Origin: Methanocaldococcus jannaschii DSM 2661
GTDB lineage: Archaea > AGJL01 > Methanococci > Methanococcales > Methanocaldococcaceae
Length of the DNA: 32,000 bases
Direction: 5' to 3'
Assembly: GCF_000091665.1 (NCBI RefSeq)
Contig: NC_000909.1
Coordinates: 910,712 to 942,711 of the forward strand
The position numbers were made by a program, and so were the translations under genes. Of the stretch, positions 1 through 9,464 are shown piece by piece. Under the pieces are notes generated by a model. It saw nothing but the letters and a program-made list of their open reading frames with translations. It searched no databases and was not told the origin of the DNA. Every line of letters starts with the position of its first letter. Positions within the stretch are counted from its first letter, which is position 1.

Positions 1-291
1 AAAATTATGTCAAATATTGTTGGGATTGTTGCTGGAATGAGTTATTCTATTGAAGAAGTGGATTGGATGAAGCCGATATTTGCAATAACAGAGGATGAAA
101 ACGGCTATAAGGTATCCGCACGATGTCCTAAGCTATTGTGCTTTGCTGAGGATGTGAATTTAGCCAAGGCAATAAAATATGCATCAGAAAAGGTTAATGG
201 TAGTGGGGGAGGGCATAAATTTGCCTGTGGGGCATATATTCCAGATAATAAAAGAGAATTTATAAAATACCTTGAGATTGCTTTGAGATAA
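1..291 (+). CDS. DHH/DHHA1-family phosphoesterase (RecJ-like), C-terminal part; gene begins before the window
   Basis: Open reading frame from the window edge; [15 protein letters not shown] matches the DHHA1 GGGH motif; resembles the C-terminus of the ORF at 7649-8638. Confidence 0.8.
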
Positions 292-311
292 AAATATTTT
301 ATGGGGATATT

Positions 312-979
312 ATGCAAATTCCAATTTTAATATGCCGTTTAAAGACAGATAAACCACTTAAAAAATCGCAAACACCATTTTTGAGGGGCTATATTTTAAA
401 CAAATTTGGAAAAGAGGATTATGTAGAATTACACAACCACAGCGGAATGGTTTTCTCTATACATATCCAAAAATACAGTATAAGATTATTGGTGGAGATG
501 CTGTTTTAATTGGCATAAAAGAGGGGATAAACATTTTGGGAGAGATTATTTTAAATATTAGAGAGTTAAATTTAAAAGGAGAAGTTTATAGGGTTGTTAA
601 TGGCTATGCAAAGGTGAAGTTTGAAGAATTTGGAGTTGCTGAGAATATGATTAAGTATAAGTTTATATCTCCATGGATTGCTTTGAATGAGAAAAATTAT
701 TTGGAGTATAAGGAGTTAGATGAAGATGGAAAGAAAGAGTTGTTAGAGAAAATTTTAGTTGGAAATATTTTATCTATGAGCAAGTATTTAGATTATACAG
801 TTGAAGAAAAGTTAAAAGCAGGGCTTTTAGAATATGAAGACTTTGTTGTTAAATATAAAGGAAATAAGTTTATTGGCTTCTGGGGAGAGTTTTTGGTTAA
901 TTTTAACATTCCTAATTATTTAGGAATTGGAAGAAAGGTTTCCAAGGGTTTTGGGAGTGTTATAAGAGTTGAAGAGTAA
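312..979 (+). pseudogene. Cas6-like (CRISPR-associated endoribonuclease-like) protein, apparently frameshifted
   Basis: N-terminal frame (312-509): KPLKKSQTPFLRGYILNKF...ELHNHSG. Continuation in a second frame: GFLYTYPKIQYKIIGGDAVLIGIKEG...FISPWIALNEKNY...GFWGEFLVNFNIPNYLGIGRKVSKGFGSV (G-rich C-terminal motif). The two halves join by a one-base shift near 440-450. Confidence 0.65.
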
Positions 980-1003
980 GTAAAAATAGAGGAAATTTAA
1001 AAA

Positions 1004-1597
1004 TTAAACCTTCCTAATGAAAGGATATGCAATTAACGCCAAGCCAATTATCATTGTTAGATACCAACCTGTCCCCACCTGAATCTTTATAATATCCTTA
1101 GAGAGATAACTGGATTTTTCATTGACCACTCCCGTTATTAAATCTATTGGAGTGACTTCTTTACCTCCTGTAAGAGCTAATCCAGAATCTGATGAGTTCA
1201 GCCCTACTGTGAATAACACAACAAATATTGAAGCACAGGTAATTCCTGCTATTCCAGCTCCAACTACAACCGCTTTTTTATCAACGAATATTGAGGCAAT
1301 GTAGAGGATTATTGGAATTATACCAAATATCATCATAAATGTTGACATTTTTTCTTTAACAGCCATGTCAAAGTATTGTTTGACATATGGCATCATCATT
1401 TCTACAAATATGTTGTTTGTATCAGATTTAATATCTGATGAAACTCTAAATGGTGCGAGATTTACAGATAAATGAATTCCTTCGTCTGTCTTTATGTTTA
1501 TCGTAGAGGCAGAGATTGTGAGCCATGGGAGAAACAAAGCAATAATCCCTACAACAATGAGGGCTATTTTTATATAGTCAATTTTCTTTGGTAACAT
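1004..1597 (-). CDS. Hypothetical membrane protein with about 4 predicted hydrophobic segments
   Basis: 197-aa ORF with hydrophobic stretches (IALIVVGIIALFLPWL, MIFGIIPIILYIASIFV). Confidence 0.75.
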   Translation of the reverse strand: MLPKKIDYIKIALIVVGIIALFLPWLTISASTINIKTDEGIHLSVNLAPFRVSSDIKSDTNNIFVEMMMPYVKQYFDMAVKEKMSTFMMIFGIIPIILYIASIFVDKKAVVVGAGIAGITCASIFVVLFTVGLNSSDSGLALTGGKEVTPIDLITGVVNEKSSYLSKDIIKIQVGTGWYLTMIIGLALIAYPFIRKV

Positions 1598-1854
1598 TTT
1601 TTCACCTCGCTTTAATTTTTTAAATTTAGATTATATGGTAAATGATACTCTTTTTATGTATTAATTTATGCTTTATCTAAGTAATGTAAAGTAGAACTTC
1701 TCTAATACTACAAAACTCATATATATATACTTTACGGTTTTAGTTTAGTTAAAAATATTGGAATATTTGAATTAATAAATTAATGTTTAAAAAAAGATTT
1801 ATTCTTCTTTGAGAATTATAAGTTAAAATTTTTGGTAGTATATGGAAAAAAATA

Positions 1855-1961
1855 GGTTTTATCCTTGTTTTAATGGACTAAGAGTTCAAACAAAAGAACA
1901 TAACTGTGATGAAGTTGTTGCAGTCCTCCCAATGTTTCCATCCTTATTTTAATGGACTAAC
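1855..1961. repeat. Two degenerate CRISPR-like repeat units (1855-1882 and 1934-1961) separated by 51 bp
   Basis: GTTTCCATCCTTATTTTAATGGACTAAC versus GGTTTTATCCTTGTTTTAATGGACTAAG; ATCCTT.TTTTAATGGACTAA is shared; the reverse complement ends in GGATGGAAAC. Confidence 0.5.
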
Positions 1962-2089
1962 GATAAACACTTACTCTTTTTTCTTATTATACTCAAACTC
2001 CCATATATAATTTTCTATTTTTATCCAAATTTCTTACTGTATGATTATTAAAACCTTTAAAATCTTAAAAGTCCTTTGGATTTTTAATC

Positions 2090-2153
2090 CCGCATCTAAA
2101 GATGCGGCTACAAACTCGAAGAGTTTATTTAACCTACTCGCTACGCTCGTAGG
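2090..2153. repeat. Cluster of three consecutive short palindromes (hairpins)
   Basis: CCGCATCT-aa-AGATGCGG (2090-2107); AAACTC-gaa-GAGTTT (2112-2126); CCTAC...GTAGG (about 2133-2153). Confidence 0.6.
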
Positions 2154-2219
2154 AAGCAAGAAAACAAAATTAAAAAATCGAATATCAATATTAAAAAACT
2201 AAAAAATAGTAAAAATTAT

Positions 2220-2888
2220 TTATTCTTGAGCTTCAGCAGTTTCTTCTTCAGCTTCTTTTACAAATCCTTCATTTTCCTCTTTCTTAGCTAATGATAAAAC
2301 TTCTGATTTGTAGATGATAACGTTTTTAATTGGGAATATCTTCTTACATTCATTCTTTATCTTCTCAGCCATTTCTCCAAACAACATTGCCTGAACATAC
2401 TGTGGGAATGTCTTTTCTTTAGCCATTGCCTTTATAATCTCTTCCATCTTCTTTCTAATGTCTGATTTTTGTTTTGTGTTTGCTCTGTAAGCTGTTAAGA
2501 CCATTGCCTTTGTTCTTATCTTATGGCCGTCTTGGGTTTTAACATCAAGGATAGCGTCAATTCTACTTCTTCTTCTTCTGATTTGTGACTTCATAAATTC
2601 TCTTGTTGTATCATGTCCATAATATTGAGCAATTGCCTTATTTCCTGTAACTCCAAAGATTTTGAAATAAACTCTGTGCATGTGTTTTGTTGGGTCTCCT
2701 GTTAAATCTCTTAAGCTTGTCTCAGCAACTCTTCCTAAAACTAAGCTTGGGTCATTTGCTGGGGTGTAGCCAATAAATACTCCTCCAAATTCTGGTGTAG
2801 CATAAATTTCATACCATACTTTCTCTTTCCATTTATCTCTCACTTTTCTTACTTTCCTTCTTGACCTTGCAGTTCTTGCAGTAGCCAT
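2220..2888 (-). CDS. rps3ae: 30S ribosomal protein S3Ae (eS1)
   Basis: MATARTARSRRKVRKVRDKWKEKVWYEIYATPEFGG... is typical of archaeal/eukaryal S3Ae. Confidence 0.95.
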   Translation of the reverse strand: MATARTARSRRKVRKVRDKWKEKVWYEIYATPEFGGVFIGYTPANDPSLVLGRVAETSLRDLTGDPTKHMHRVYFKIFGVTGNKAIAQYYGHDTTREFMKSQIRRRRSRIDAILDVKTQDGHKIRTKAMVLTAYRANTKQKSDIRKKMEEIIKAMAKEKTFPQYVQAMLFGEMAEKIKNECKKIFPIKNVIIYKSEVLSLAKKEENEGFVKEAEEETAEAQE

Positions 2889-2925
2889 CTTTTCACCTTA
2901 AAAAATTTAGTTGTGGTTTTAGGAA

Positions 2926-3540
2926 TTATTCACCCTTATAGAACTCAGATAAATCAACATAGTTTCTTACAGGTCTTGTTACATCCCCATACAATCTTTT
3001 TATATCCTTAGCTTTTGCTTTTTTAGCAGTTCCTTTTTCAGTTTTTATCTTCTTTAACCTAAAGAATCCATCGTTTATCCTATAAACTTTCTCTACTTCA
3101 AACTCAAAATCATTTGGGACATAGATGTATATACCATAAGTTTTACTTCTATCATTTATTGATATTCCTAATTTTTTGGGAATGGATAAAGATTTTCCCC
3201 AAATAACTTTAATATCTTCACCTAAGGCAGATTTAACTGATTCAGGTGTTTCAATTTTTGTTATCTCAATTTTCTCTCCATCAATTTCAATTGTGTCTCC
3301 AACTTTGTAAGTTTCATCTTCAGGGATATTGATTACCTTAGATTCTGAAATATCGTATCTGCTTATAATTAACTTTGCCTGGCTTAATTTAACCTTATCA
3401 ACAATCTCCCTTACAGATCCACAGTTTGGACATCTAACTAAGTAATATGCAGATTTGTTATAAATTTTTTTCTTTAATACTTCCTGCTCTTCAAACCCAC
3501 AATTCTCACACTTAAGATATATTTTTTCAGTCATCTCCAA
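2926..3540 (-). CDS. Archaeal zinc-ribbon protein (HVO_0476-like)
   Basis: N-terminal CxxC...CxxC (CENCGFEEQ...CPNCGS); archaeal conserved hypothetical. Confidence 0.7.
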   Translation of the reverse strand: MEMTEKIYLKCENCGFEEQEVLKKKIYNKSAYYLVRCPNCGSVREIVDKVKLSQAKLIISRYDISESKVINIPEDETYKVGDTIEIDGEKIEITKIETPESVKSALGEDIKVIWGKSLSIPKKLGISINDRSKTYGIYIYVPNDFEFEVEKVYRINDGFFRLKKIKTEKGTAKKAKAKDIKRLYGDVTRPVRNYVDLSEFYKGE

Positions 3541-3567
3541 AAACCTCTAAGTATTTTGTTTATTTAT

Positions 3568-4245
3568 TTATTTTCTTCTTCTCCTTCTTCTTCTCTTGTC
3601 TTTTGGTTGAATTATAATTCTGTATTTTGGATTTGCTGCCTTTTCTAAAAACTCTTCATAAGTGAATGGTAATTTTGTATCGTCAGTTATAACTCCTCTG
3701 TTTTTGAGATACTCTCTTGTTAATAAGTAGTAGATTAAAGCAACTGCTTTCTTACCCTTGTTGTTTGTTGGTATAACTAAGTCGATGAACGATGTTAAGT
3801 GCTCTGTATCACATAAACCAACTATTGGAACTCCAATTTCTGTTGCCTCTTTCAATGCCTGTCTATCAACTCTTGGGTCACTGATAAATACAACTTCTGG
3901 CTCCATAAACCCTTTGTATGCAGGGTTTGTTAATGTTCCAGGGACAAATCTTCCTGCAACTGTTCTAATTCCAGTGTATTTTCCAAACTCTTCTAACGGT
4001 CCCATTGTGTAGATTCTTCTTGAAACAGCTAATATATCCTCTGGTTCGTATCTTGCTAAGAATTTAGCAGCTATTCTTAATCTCTCATCAGTCTTTCTAA
4101 CATCTAAAACATACAATCCATCACTTCTTACTCTGTAAATAAATTTCTCCATGTCTTTTGTCTTTTGCTGAGTCCCTATATGGATACCTGAAGCCAAGTA
4201 TGTGTCTAATGGTACTAACAATTCCTTCTCACTCATATTTTCCAC
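3568..4245 (-). CDS. rps2: 30S ribosomal protein S2 (uS2)
   Basis: [41 protein letters not shown]; [11 protein letters not shown]. Confidence 0.96.
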
Positions 4246-4355
4246 CTTTAAAAATAGTTGTTATCTTTTTGAATATTGTCGGGGATTTAAAAATTAGTGG
4301 TTGTTTCCCCTAAAGGATAGAAATAAGTATAAGGGAGTATATAAATTTTATCAAT

Positions 4356-4940
4356 TTACTTACCTCTTCTTCCATGAGCTCTTATACTTGGTCTAACCTT
4401 CTCAGCTCCTATTCCTTTGTTTCTTAAACCTCTACCCTTCTTACCAGCTGATGTTAAACCTCTGAATGCTCTTCCTCTGTGTTTTCCAGTGCATAACCAG
4501 TTGAGTTGAGGATCAGCTTTAATAGCTGGGTGGTATGGGTCAACTAATATAACCTCATACCACTTGTGTTTTCCATCTTCTCCAACCCAGTAGCTGTTTA
4601 AAACTTCCATGTTTGGATATTTTCTTGCTGCTCTCTCTTCAGCAATTCTTTGAATTGATTTACCCATTGTTATCTTGTTAACCCCAAGTGTAGCTGGCTT
4701 CTTTGAGTTCTTTGGTCTTGGTTTTCTTAAACCTCCTCTTCTAACTCTTACTCTGACAACAATTATTCCTTGTTTTGGTTTGTATCCTAATGCTCTTGCT
4801 CTGTCTAACCTTGTTGGTCTCTCAATTCTTACAACTGCTGGTTCTCTTCTCCACTGCTGTAATCTTTCCCATAATAGCTGTCTAACGTAACTCTCTTTTG
4901 GTCTTTTCCATGCTTCTCTTATATACTTGTAGATTCCCAT
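4356..4940 (-). CDS. rpl15e: 50S ribosomal protein L15e
   Basis: [14 protein letters not shown]...[15 protein letters not shown]; [16 protein letters not shown]. Confidence 0.96.
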   Translation of the reverse strand: MGIYKYIREAWKRPKESYVRQLLWERLQQWRREPAVVRIERPTRLDRARALGYKPKQGIIVVRVRVRRGGLRKPRPKNSKKPATLGVNKITMGKSIQRIAEERAARKYPNMEVLNSYWVGEDGKHKWYEVILVDPYHPAIKADPQLNWLCTGKHRGRAFRGLTSAGKKGRGLRNKGIGAEKVRPSIRAHGRRGK

Positions 4941-5074
4941 TTTATCCCTCTTCTATGGGTTCAGCATTGCCGCCACATCCCCTTTTATAATATCAAAGCT
5001 TTAGAGTAAATAACTATAGACAACTATTATATTAATTTAACGGTTATTTGAAAAGTTGTAATCACAAGTAGATT

Positions 5075-5743
5075 GTGGTGAAACTTATGAAAAAATTGGA
5101 AGATAAAAAGGGAATTATAGAAATTACGTTTGAAGAAGAAAGAGAAATCTTAGAGCTACCTTCAAAACCTGAACTGCCAAAATATGCCTCTCAACTTATC
5201 AATCTTGCAAATATATTTTCACAAGGCACACGTCCAAAAGTCGTTGGTCAGATGAGTGAGTTAATTAAAGAATTCAGAAAAACTGGAGGTAGAACATTTG
5301 AAGATTGGAAGAAGTGGTATTTGCAAAAATATCCTAATGCGATTGATGAAGCTACTGAAAAAATTTGGAACATGCTTAATAATTTTAAAGAAACCTTAGA
5401 ACAGTTGGAAAGAGATGATGTAAGAAAGTGGGTTGAGGATTTAGTTCTTATAAAAACTTATGAAGGGCTGATGTTGCAGGATGCTATTTTGAAAAAAGTT
5501 GCAGAGGAACTTGGTGGAAATTATCGCCCTTCTACTATAGAAGAAGAATCTAAAGGTATTGATGGAGTAATTATTATTGATGATAAAGAAATTCCTGTAT
5601 CAATTAAATCTAAAACTTATGTCAATCAGGAAAAACACTTGTCTGAAGAACTTAAAGGGCATTTAATTATTTATGAAAAGAAGAAAAATAAAATTATTGT
5701 TGATTACTCCGATTTATTGGATTTAGTTGAAAATACGAAGTAA
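5075..5743 (+). CDS. mjaIR: Type II restriction endonuclease, probable MjaI type (CTAG)
   Basis: Convergent with an adjacent N4-cytosine MTase; IDGVIIIDDKEIPVSIKSKTY resembles a PD-(D/E)xK core. The specificity call is from memory of the M. jannaschii locus. Confidence 0.65.
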   Translation: MVKLMKKLEDKKGIIEITFEEEREILELPSKPELPKYASQLINLANIFSQGTRPKVVGQMSELIKEFRKTGGRTFEDWKKWYLQKYPNAIDEATEKIWNMLNNFKETLEQLERDDVRKWVEDLVLIKTYEGLMLQDAILKKVAEELGGNYRPSTIEEESKGIDGVIIIDDKEIPVSIKSKTYVNQEKHLSEELKGHLIIYEKKKNKIIVDYSDLLDLVENTK

Positions 5744-5749
5744 TTATCA

Positions 5750-6661
5750 TTAACCACGATTAATAAATTCTACATTAAAATCCATTCCTATTCTTTTTTG
5801 CTTAATTCCAATTTTTTCTTCAATTATTGGCTTTAGGGATTTATCAATTTCATATCCAATAGAGTTTCTTTTTAATTCAATAGCCGCTTTTACTGTTGTT
5901 CCAGTCCCTAAGAAAGGGTCTAAGACGGTGTCTCCAATTATAGAAAACATCCTTATTAATCTTCTTGGAATCTCTTCTGGAAATGATGCCGTTCTTCTCT
6001 CTATTTTTGGATGTGTTTGCTTATCTCCAACAATCTCCCAAATTTGAGAGAACCATCTGTCTCTCTCCTCCTTAGTGTATGCACTTGCATATCTTAACGG
6101 GTCTTTTGGTTTAAACTTTCTTGGTTTTCCTTTCCTAAATATTAATATATACTCAACATCTAAGGTTACATAAGCATTTGGAGGAAGAAATCCAGAACCT
6201 AAGAATGCATTTGGCTTGTTTGAGGGTTTCTTCCATAGTATATATGGGAGAGTAACGAATCCAATCTTTTCAAAGTTTTCTATAATCTTAGAATGATTTG
6301 GAAATAGTCTAAAAACTCCGTTTATTTTTCTTGTAGCGTCTCCTATGTTGATGCATGCAATTCCTCCTGGAACTAAAACTCTATAGACTTCTTCCCAAAC
6401 TGGATATAATGTTTGATGCATTAAATTATATATTTGCATGATTAATTTTTCTTTTTTCTCTTCATCTTCTTCATTTTCCATCTCCATCCAACGCTTATTT
6501 ATTTCTAGATTTAACATTTTGAATAATTCATCCCACATTTCTATCATTGGATATGGAGGTGATGTAACAACTAAATGCACACTTTCATCCTCAATTTCAT
6601 CCATTTTTCTTGCATCTCCAAAGATTATTTTGTGATTAGTTGTTATATCAATACTCATCAT
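5750..6661 (-). CDS. mjaIM: DNA (cytosine-N4) methyltransferase, probable M.MjaI type (CTAG)
   Basis: Motif IV TSPPYP near the N-terminus and motif I DPFLGTGTT near the C-terminus. Confidence 0.85.
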   Translation of the reverse strand: MMSIDITTNHKIIFGDARKMDEIEDESVHLVVTSPPYPMIEMWDELFKMLNLEINKRWMEMENEEDEEKKEKLIMQIYNLMHQTLYPVWEEVYRVLVPGGIACINIGDATRKINGVFRLFPNHSKIIENFEKIGFVTLPYILWKKPSNKPNAFLGSGFLPPNAYVTLDVEYILIFRKGKPRKFKPKDPLRYASAYTKEERDRWFSQIWEIVGDKQTHPKIERRTASFPEEIPRRLIRMFSIIGDTVLDPFLGTGTTVKAAIELKRNSIGYEIDKSLKPIIEEKIGIKQKRIGMDFNVEFINRG

Positions 6662-6855
6662 TTATCCCCTATTTCTTTCTTTATGGTGGTTGATATAATT
6701 GATTTTTCAGACAGCCATGTTAAAACAATGGTTCTCACAATTTCAGCATCAGTTTGTCCTAAAATTCCTCTAAAATTTTCAATTAATTCCCACTGACTCT
6801 TAGTGAATGTAACTTGAACTCTTTTTATATTATTATCTTTTTCTCTTTGTGTCAT
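6658..6855 (-). CDS. Ribbon-helix-helix-like DNA-binding protein, translationally coupled to the methyltransferase
   Basis: MTQREKDNNIKRVQVTFTKSQWELIENFRGILGQTDAEIVRTIVLTWL; GGTGAG ribosome binding site upstream of the ATG at 6855; stop and MTase start overlap (ATGA). Confidence 0.7.
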   Translation of the reverse strand: MTQREKDNNIKRVQVTFTKSQWELIENFRGILGQTDAEIVRTIVLTWLSEKSIISTTIKKEIGDK

Positions 6856-7064
6856 AATGTACTCACCTAAAACACATATTAAACACAATATTATTTAAAG
6901 TTTGTGTGATTATTATCTAAGACACTATAATTTTTAACTAAAAAATCAAAAATGACTGTAAATTGCATAACAATGAAGTTTAGATACTACGAATAAAAAT
7001 TCTGCTTATCTAAGGAGGAAAAGATTTTTATATTATTGGTAGTTATTTTACTATCAGCAATATA

Positions 7065-7171
7065 TAGTTTTTTGCAAAAGTGATTAAAATTAATAAAGGA
7101 AAATTGAACGCCTTTTATTGAAGGCGTTCATTATAATGTCTTATTATTCCAAAATGTTTTGCAAAAAACTA
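7065..7171. mobile_element. MITE-like element, copy A (107 bp), flanked by TA
   Basis: 15-bp perfect TIRs TAGTTTTTTGCAAAA (7065-7079) / TTTTGCAAAAAACTA (7157-7171); internal hairpin TGAACGCCTT-ttattg-AAGGCGTTCA variant (7105-7130); TA on each side (7063-7064, 7172-7173). Confidence 0.75.
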
Positions 7172-7187
7172 TAAAGCTTAACTTGAG

Positions 7188-7538
7188 GTGACTGTTATGG
7201 AATTACCACCACAAATTCAAGCTCAATTGATGCAGTTACAGCAATTACAGCAACAACTACAAATGATTTTAATGCAGAAGCAGAGTGTTGAGACAGAATT
7301 AAAAGAATGTAAAAAGGCATTAGAAGAGTTGGAAAAATCTTCAAGTGATGAAGTTTATAAATTAGTTGGTGGATTGTTTGTTAAAAGAAAAAAGGAAGAT
7401 GTCAAAAAAGAACTCGAAGAGAAAGTCGAAACATTAGAGTTGAGAGTAAAAACATTAGAGAAGCAAGAAGAAAAATTACAGTCAAGATTAAAAGAACTTC
7501 AAGAAAAGATTCAAAAAATGATACCTACAGCACAATAA
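7188..7538 (+). CDS. pfdB: Prefoldin subunit beta
   Basis: [35 protein letters not shown] coiled coil; GTG start after a GAGGTG ribosome binding site region. Confidence 0.9.
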   Translation: MTVMELPPQIQAQLMQLQQLQQQLQMILMQKQSVETELKECKKALEELEKSSSDEVYKLVGGLFVKRKKEDVKKELEEKVETLELRVKTLEKQEEKLQSRLKELQEKIQKMIPTAQ

Positions 7539-7648
7539 ATTAATCCTATCTTATTTTTGTTTGTTATTTTAATTTTTTAGCTTTATTATTTTTAGAAGTT
7601 TTAAGCTTTAAATTATGATTGTTTTAATTTTATTTGTGGTGAGCAAAA

Positions 7649-8638
7649 ATGGAGTTATTGGAATATTTAAAGAGGGATGAGGTTCTTTTTTTATGTCATC
7701 ACAATGCAGACCCCGATGCAGTTGGAAGTTGTGTAGCTTTAAAATACTTGGCATCTCAATTAAATCCAAATGGAAAGTTTAGAATTTCAGCAGATTCTGT
7801 CAGCAAACTCTCAAGAAATATTTTAAATGAGATAGGGGAGAGGGTTGATATTGAGATTTATCCTAAACTCCCAGAAACAGTTTTTATAGTTGATACTGCA
7901 TCAATTAATCAGTTAAAGGTTAATTTTGATGAGCTGAAGGAGAGAGAGGTTATTTTAATAGACCATCATAAGAAGACAGATTTAGCTGATATATGTAAAT
8001 ACTATATAATTAAGGAGGATTACCCATCAACATCTGAGATTATAGCAGAGATTTTTAAAGAGCTAAATATCTTTCCACCAAAAAATGTTAGAATTGCTTT
8101 ATTGTGTGGAATAGTTTATGATACAAAACATTTAAAGTTAGCTAATTCAAAAACGTTTGAGTTGATAAGCTATTTGATAAAGGACATAAGCTTTCAGAAG
8201 ATTCTCTACCTTTTATCTCAAGAGAGTGACGTTAGTAAGAGAACAGCCCATTTAAAGGCATGTAGTAGAATGGAAATTAGGGAATTCGATAAGTTGAGAA
8301 TAGCATTATCTCATGTTAGTTCTCATGAGGCATCTTGTGCAAAGACTATTGTAAGCATAGGAGCAGATGTTGCCTTTGTTGTAGCTGTTAGGAAGAAAGA
8401 AAAAGAAATAAGAGTCAGTGCAAGATGTAGAAAGCATGTTTCTAAGTATGTGCATTTAGGCAATTTGATGGAGAAGATTGGAAAAGAACTTGGAGGAAGT
8501 GGAGGAGGGCATAGTGAGGCTGGTGGACTAAATGCTCCTTATGATAAGAGTAAGAGCAAAGAGAAGGTTATAAAAGAGGTATTAAACCTCTGCTATAAGA
8601 GGTTTGTTGAGGAATATAAAAAAGCAAAACAAAATTAG
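7649..8638 (+). CDS. DHH-family phosphoesterase (RecJ/NrnA-like)
   Basis: VLFLCHHNADPDAVGS; LIDHHKK; GGSGGGHSEAGG. Confidence 0.9.
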   Translation: MELLEYLKRDEVLFLCHHNADPDAVGSCVALKYLASQLNPNGKFRISADSVSKLSRNILNEIGERVDIEIYPKLPETVFIVDTASINQLKVNFDELKEREVILIDHHKKTDLADICKYYIIKEDYPSTSEIIAEIFKELNIFPPKNVRIALLCGIVYDTKHLKLANSKTFELISYLIKDISFQKILYLLSQESDVSKRTAHLKACSRMEIREFDKLRIALSHVSSHEASCAKTIVSIGADVAFVVAVRKKEKEIRVSARCRKHVSKYVHLGNLMEKIGKELGGSGGGHSEAGGLNAPYDKSKSKEKVIKEVLNLCYKRFVEEYKKAKQN

Positions 8639-8979
8639 AATGTAACAACATTATCACTCTCTTTAACAAAGGCGATTAAGTCGTGCATTGTAGCTAACTT
8701 AGCTCCTTCAATTAAATCCTCCTCTTTTAAACCTCTTGCCTTACAGCAAGGACCGCAAACTTTAACAACTGCTCCCAACTCAATGGCATTCTTTAATAGC
8801 TCTAAGTAGTTTGGAACTTCTGAAGGGTTTTGTTCCTTTTTAGCAACATAGACACCATTCTCAAGTAAGAAGATATTTACTTCAATCCCTTCTAATAAAG
8901 CTGTTAATGCAAATCTTAAGGCAGAGTAAGCCCTCTCCTTTCCATAAGGAGCTTCTGTAATGATTACGGTGAATTTCAT
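8635..8979 (-). CDS. DsrE/DsrF-like (sulfur relay family) protein
   Basis: EITEAPYGKERAYSALRFALTAL..VNIFLLENGV; VVKVCGPCCKARGL. Confidence 0.8.
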   Translation of the reverse strand: MKFTVIITEAPYGKERAYSALRFALTALLEGIEVNIFLLENGVYVAKKEQNPSEVPNYLELLKNAIELGAVVKVCGPCCKARGLKEEDLIEGAKLATMHDLIAFVKESDNVVTF

Positions 8980-8987
8980 TATTTCAC

Positions 8988-9215
8988 CTATTTTTTGATG
9001 ACTATTCTAAATCTACTCTCTGTTTCTTCAGCTAAAACAACTGTATAGCCGTTATTTTCAGCAAATCTTTTTATGTTTTCTAATGCTGGTTTGTAGTCCC
9101 CTACAACCTCTAACTCTTCTCCTTCATTCAATTCTTCTAAAGCCTTTTTTGTCTTTAAAACTGGAACTGGGCAGATGTCTCCAGTAACATCAAGTTTTTT
9201 CATAGCTATCACCAT
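8988..9215 (-). CDS. TusA/SirA-family sulfurtransferase-like protein
   Basis: LDVTGDICPVPVLKTKKAL (CPxP motif). Confidence 0.9.
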   Translation of the reverse strand: MVIAMKKLDVTGDICPVPVLKTKKALEELNEGEELEVVGDYKPALENIKRFAENNGYTVVLAEETESRFRIVIKK

Positions 9216-9464
9216 GAGATTTTTAATAAAAGTAGGTTTAAAAAGTATAAAAAATTAATCTGAAAAAAGTTTAATTGCTTAGTTGGTTATTAGAGTTTTT
9301 AATGGCTATTTTTATAAGCTTTTTATTTAATTTTATAGTTTCTTGCGTTTGTCTTTTACTACCCTAAATGTTTAGAAGAATAGTCTTCTGAATTTTTAAA
9401 AGAGGAAGCTATTTATACATTTAGAAACAATTAAGTTTTATTAGTTTGAGAGGAGATTTTTAAT

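Noticed and set aside
416-460. HNH string (ELHNHSG) suggesting an HNH nuclease
   Set aside because: Isolated tripeptide with no betabeta-alpha metal-finger context; it fits the Cas6-like N-terminal region better.
1855-1961. Calling a true CRISPR array
   Set aside because: Only two units, one degenerate, with a 51-bp gap; not enough for a confident array, so listed as a CRISPR-like repeat pair.
3758-4890. Plus-strand ORFs opposite the S2 and L15e genes
   Set aside because: Shadow ORFs of highly conserved ribosomal protein genes.
6438-6796. Two plus-strand ORFs opposite the methyltransferase and RHH-like gene
   Set aside because: No ribosome binding site or family; the minus-strand proteins explain the DNA.
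1-8638. Duplication of the DHH phosphoesterase as a special locus
   Set aside because: DHH paralogues are common in archaea; the similarity of the two C-termini is expected.
9376-9410. AGAAGAATAGTCTTCT weak palindrome
   Set aside because: Short imperfect stem in AT-rich intergenic DNA; no repeat or context to support it.
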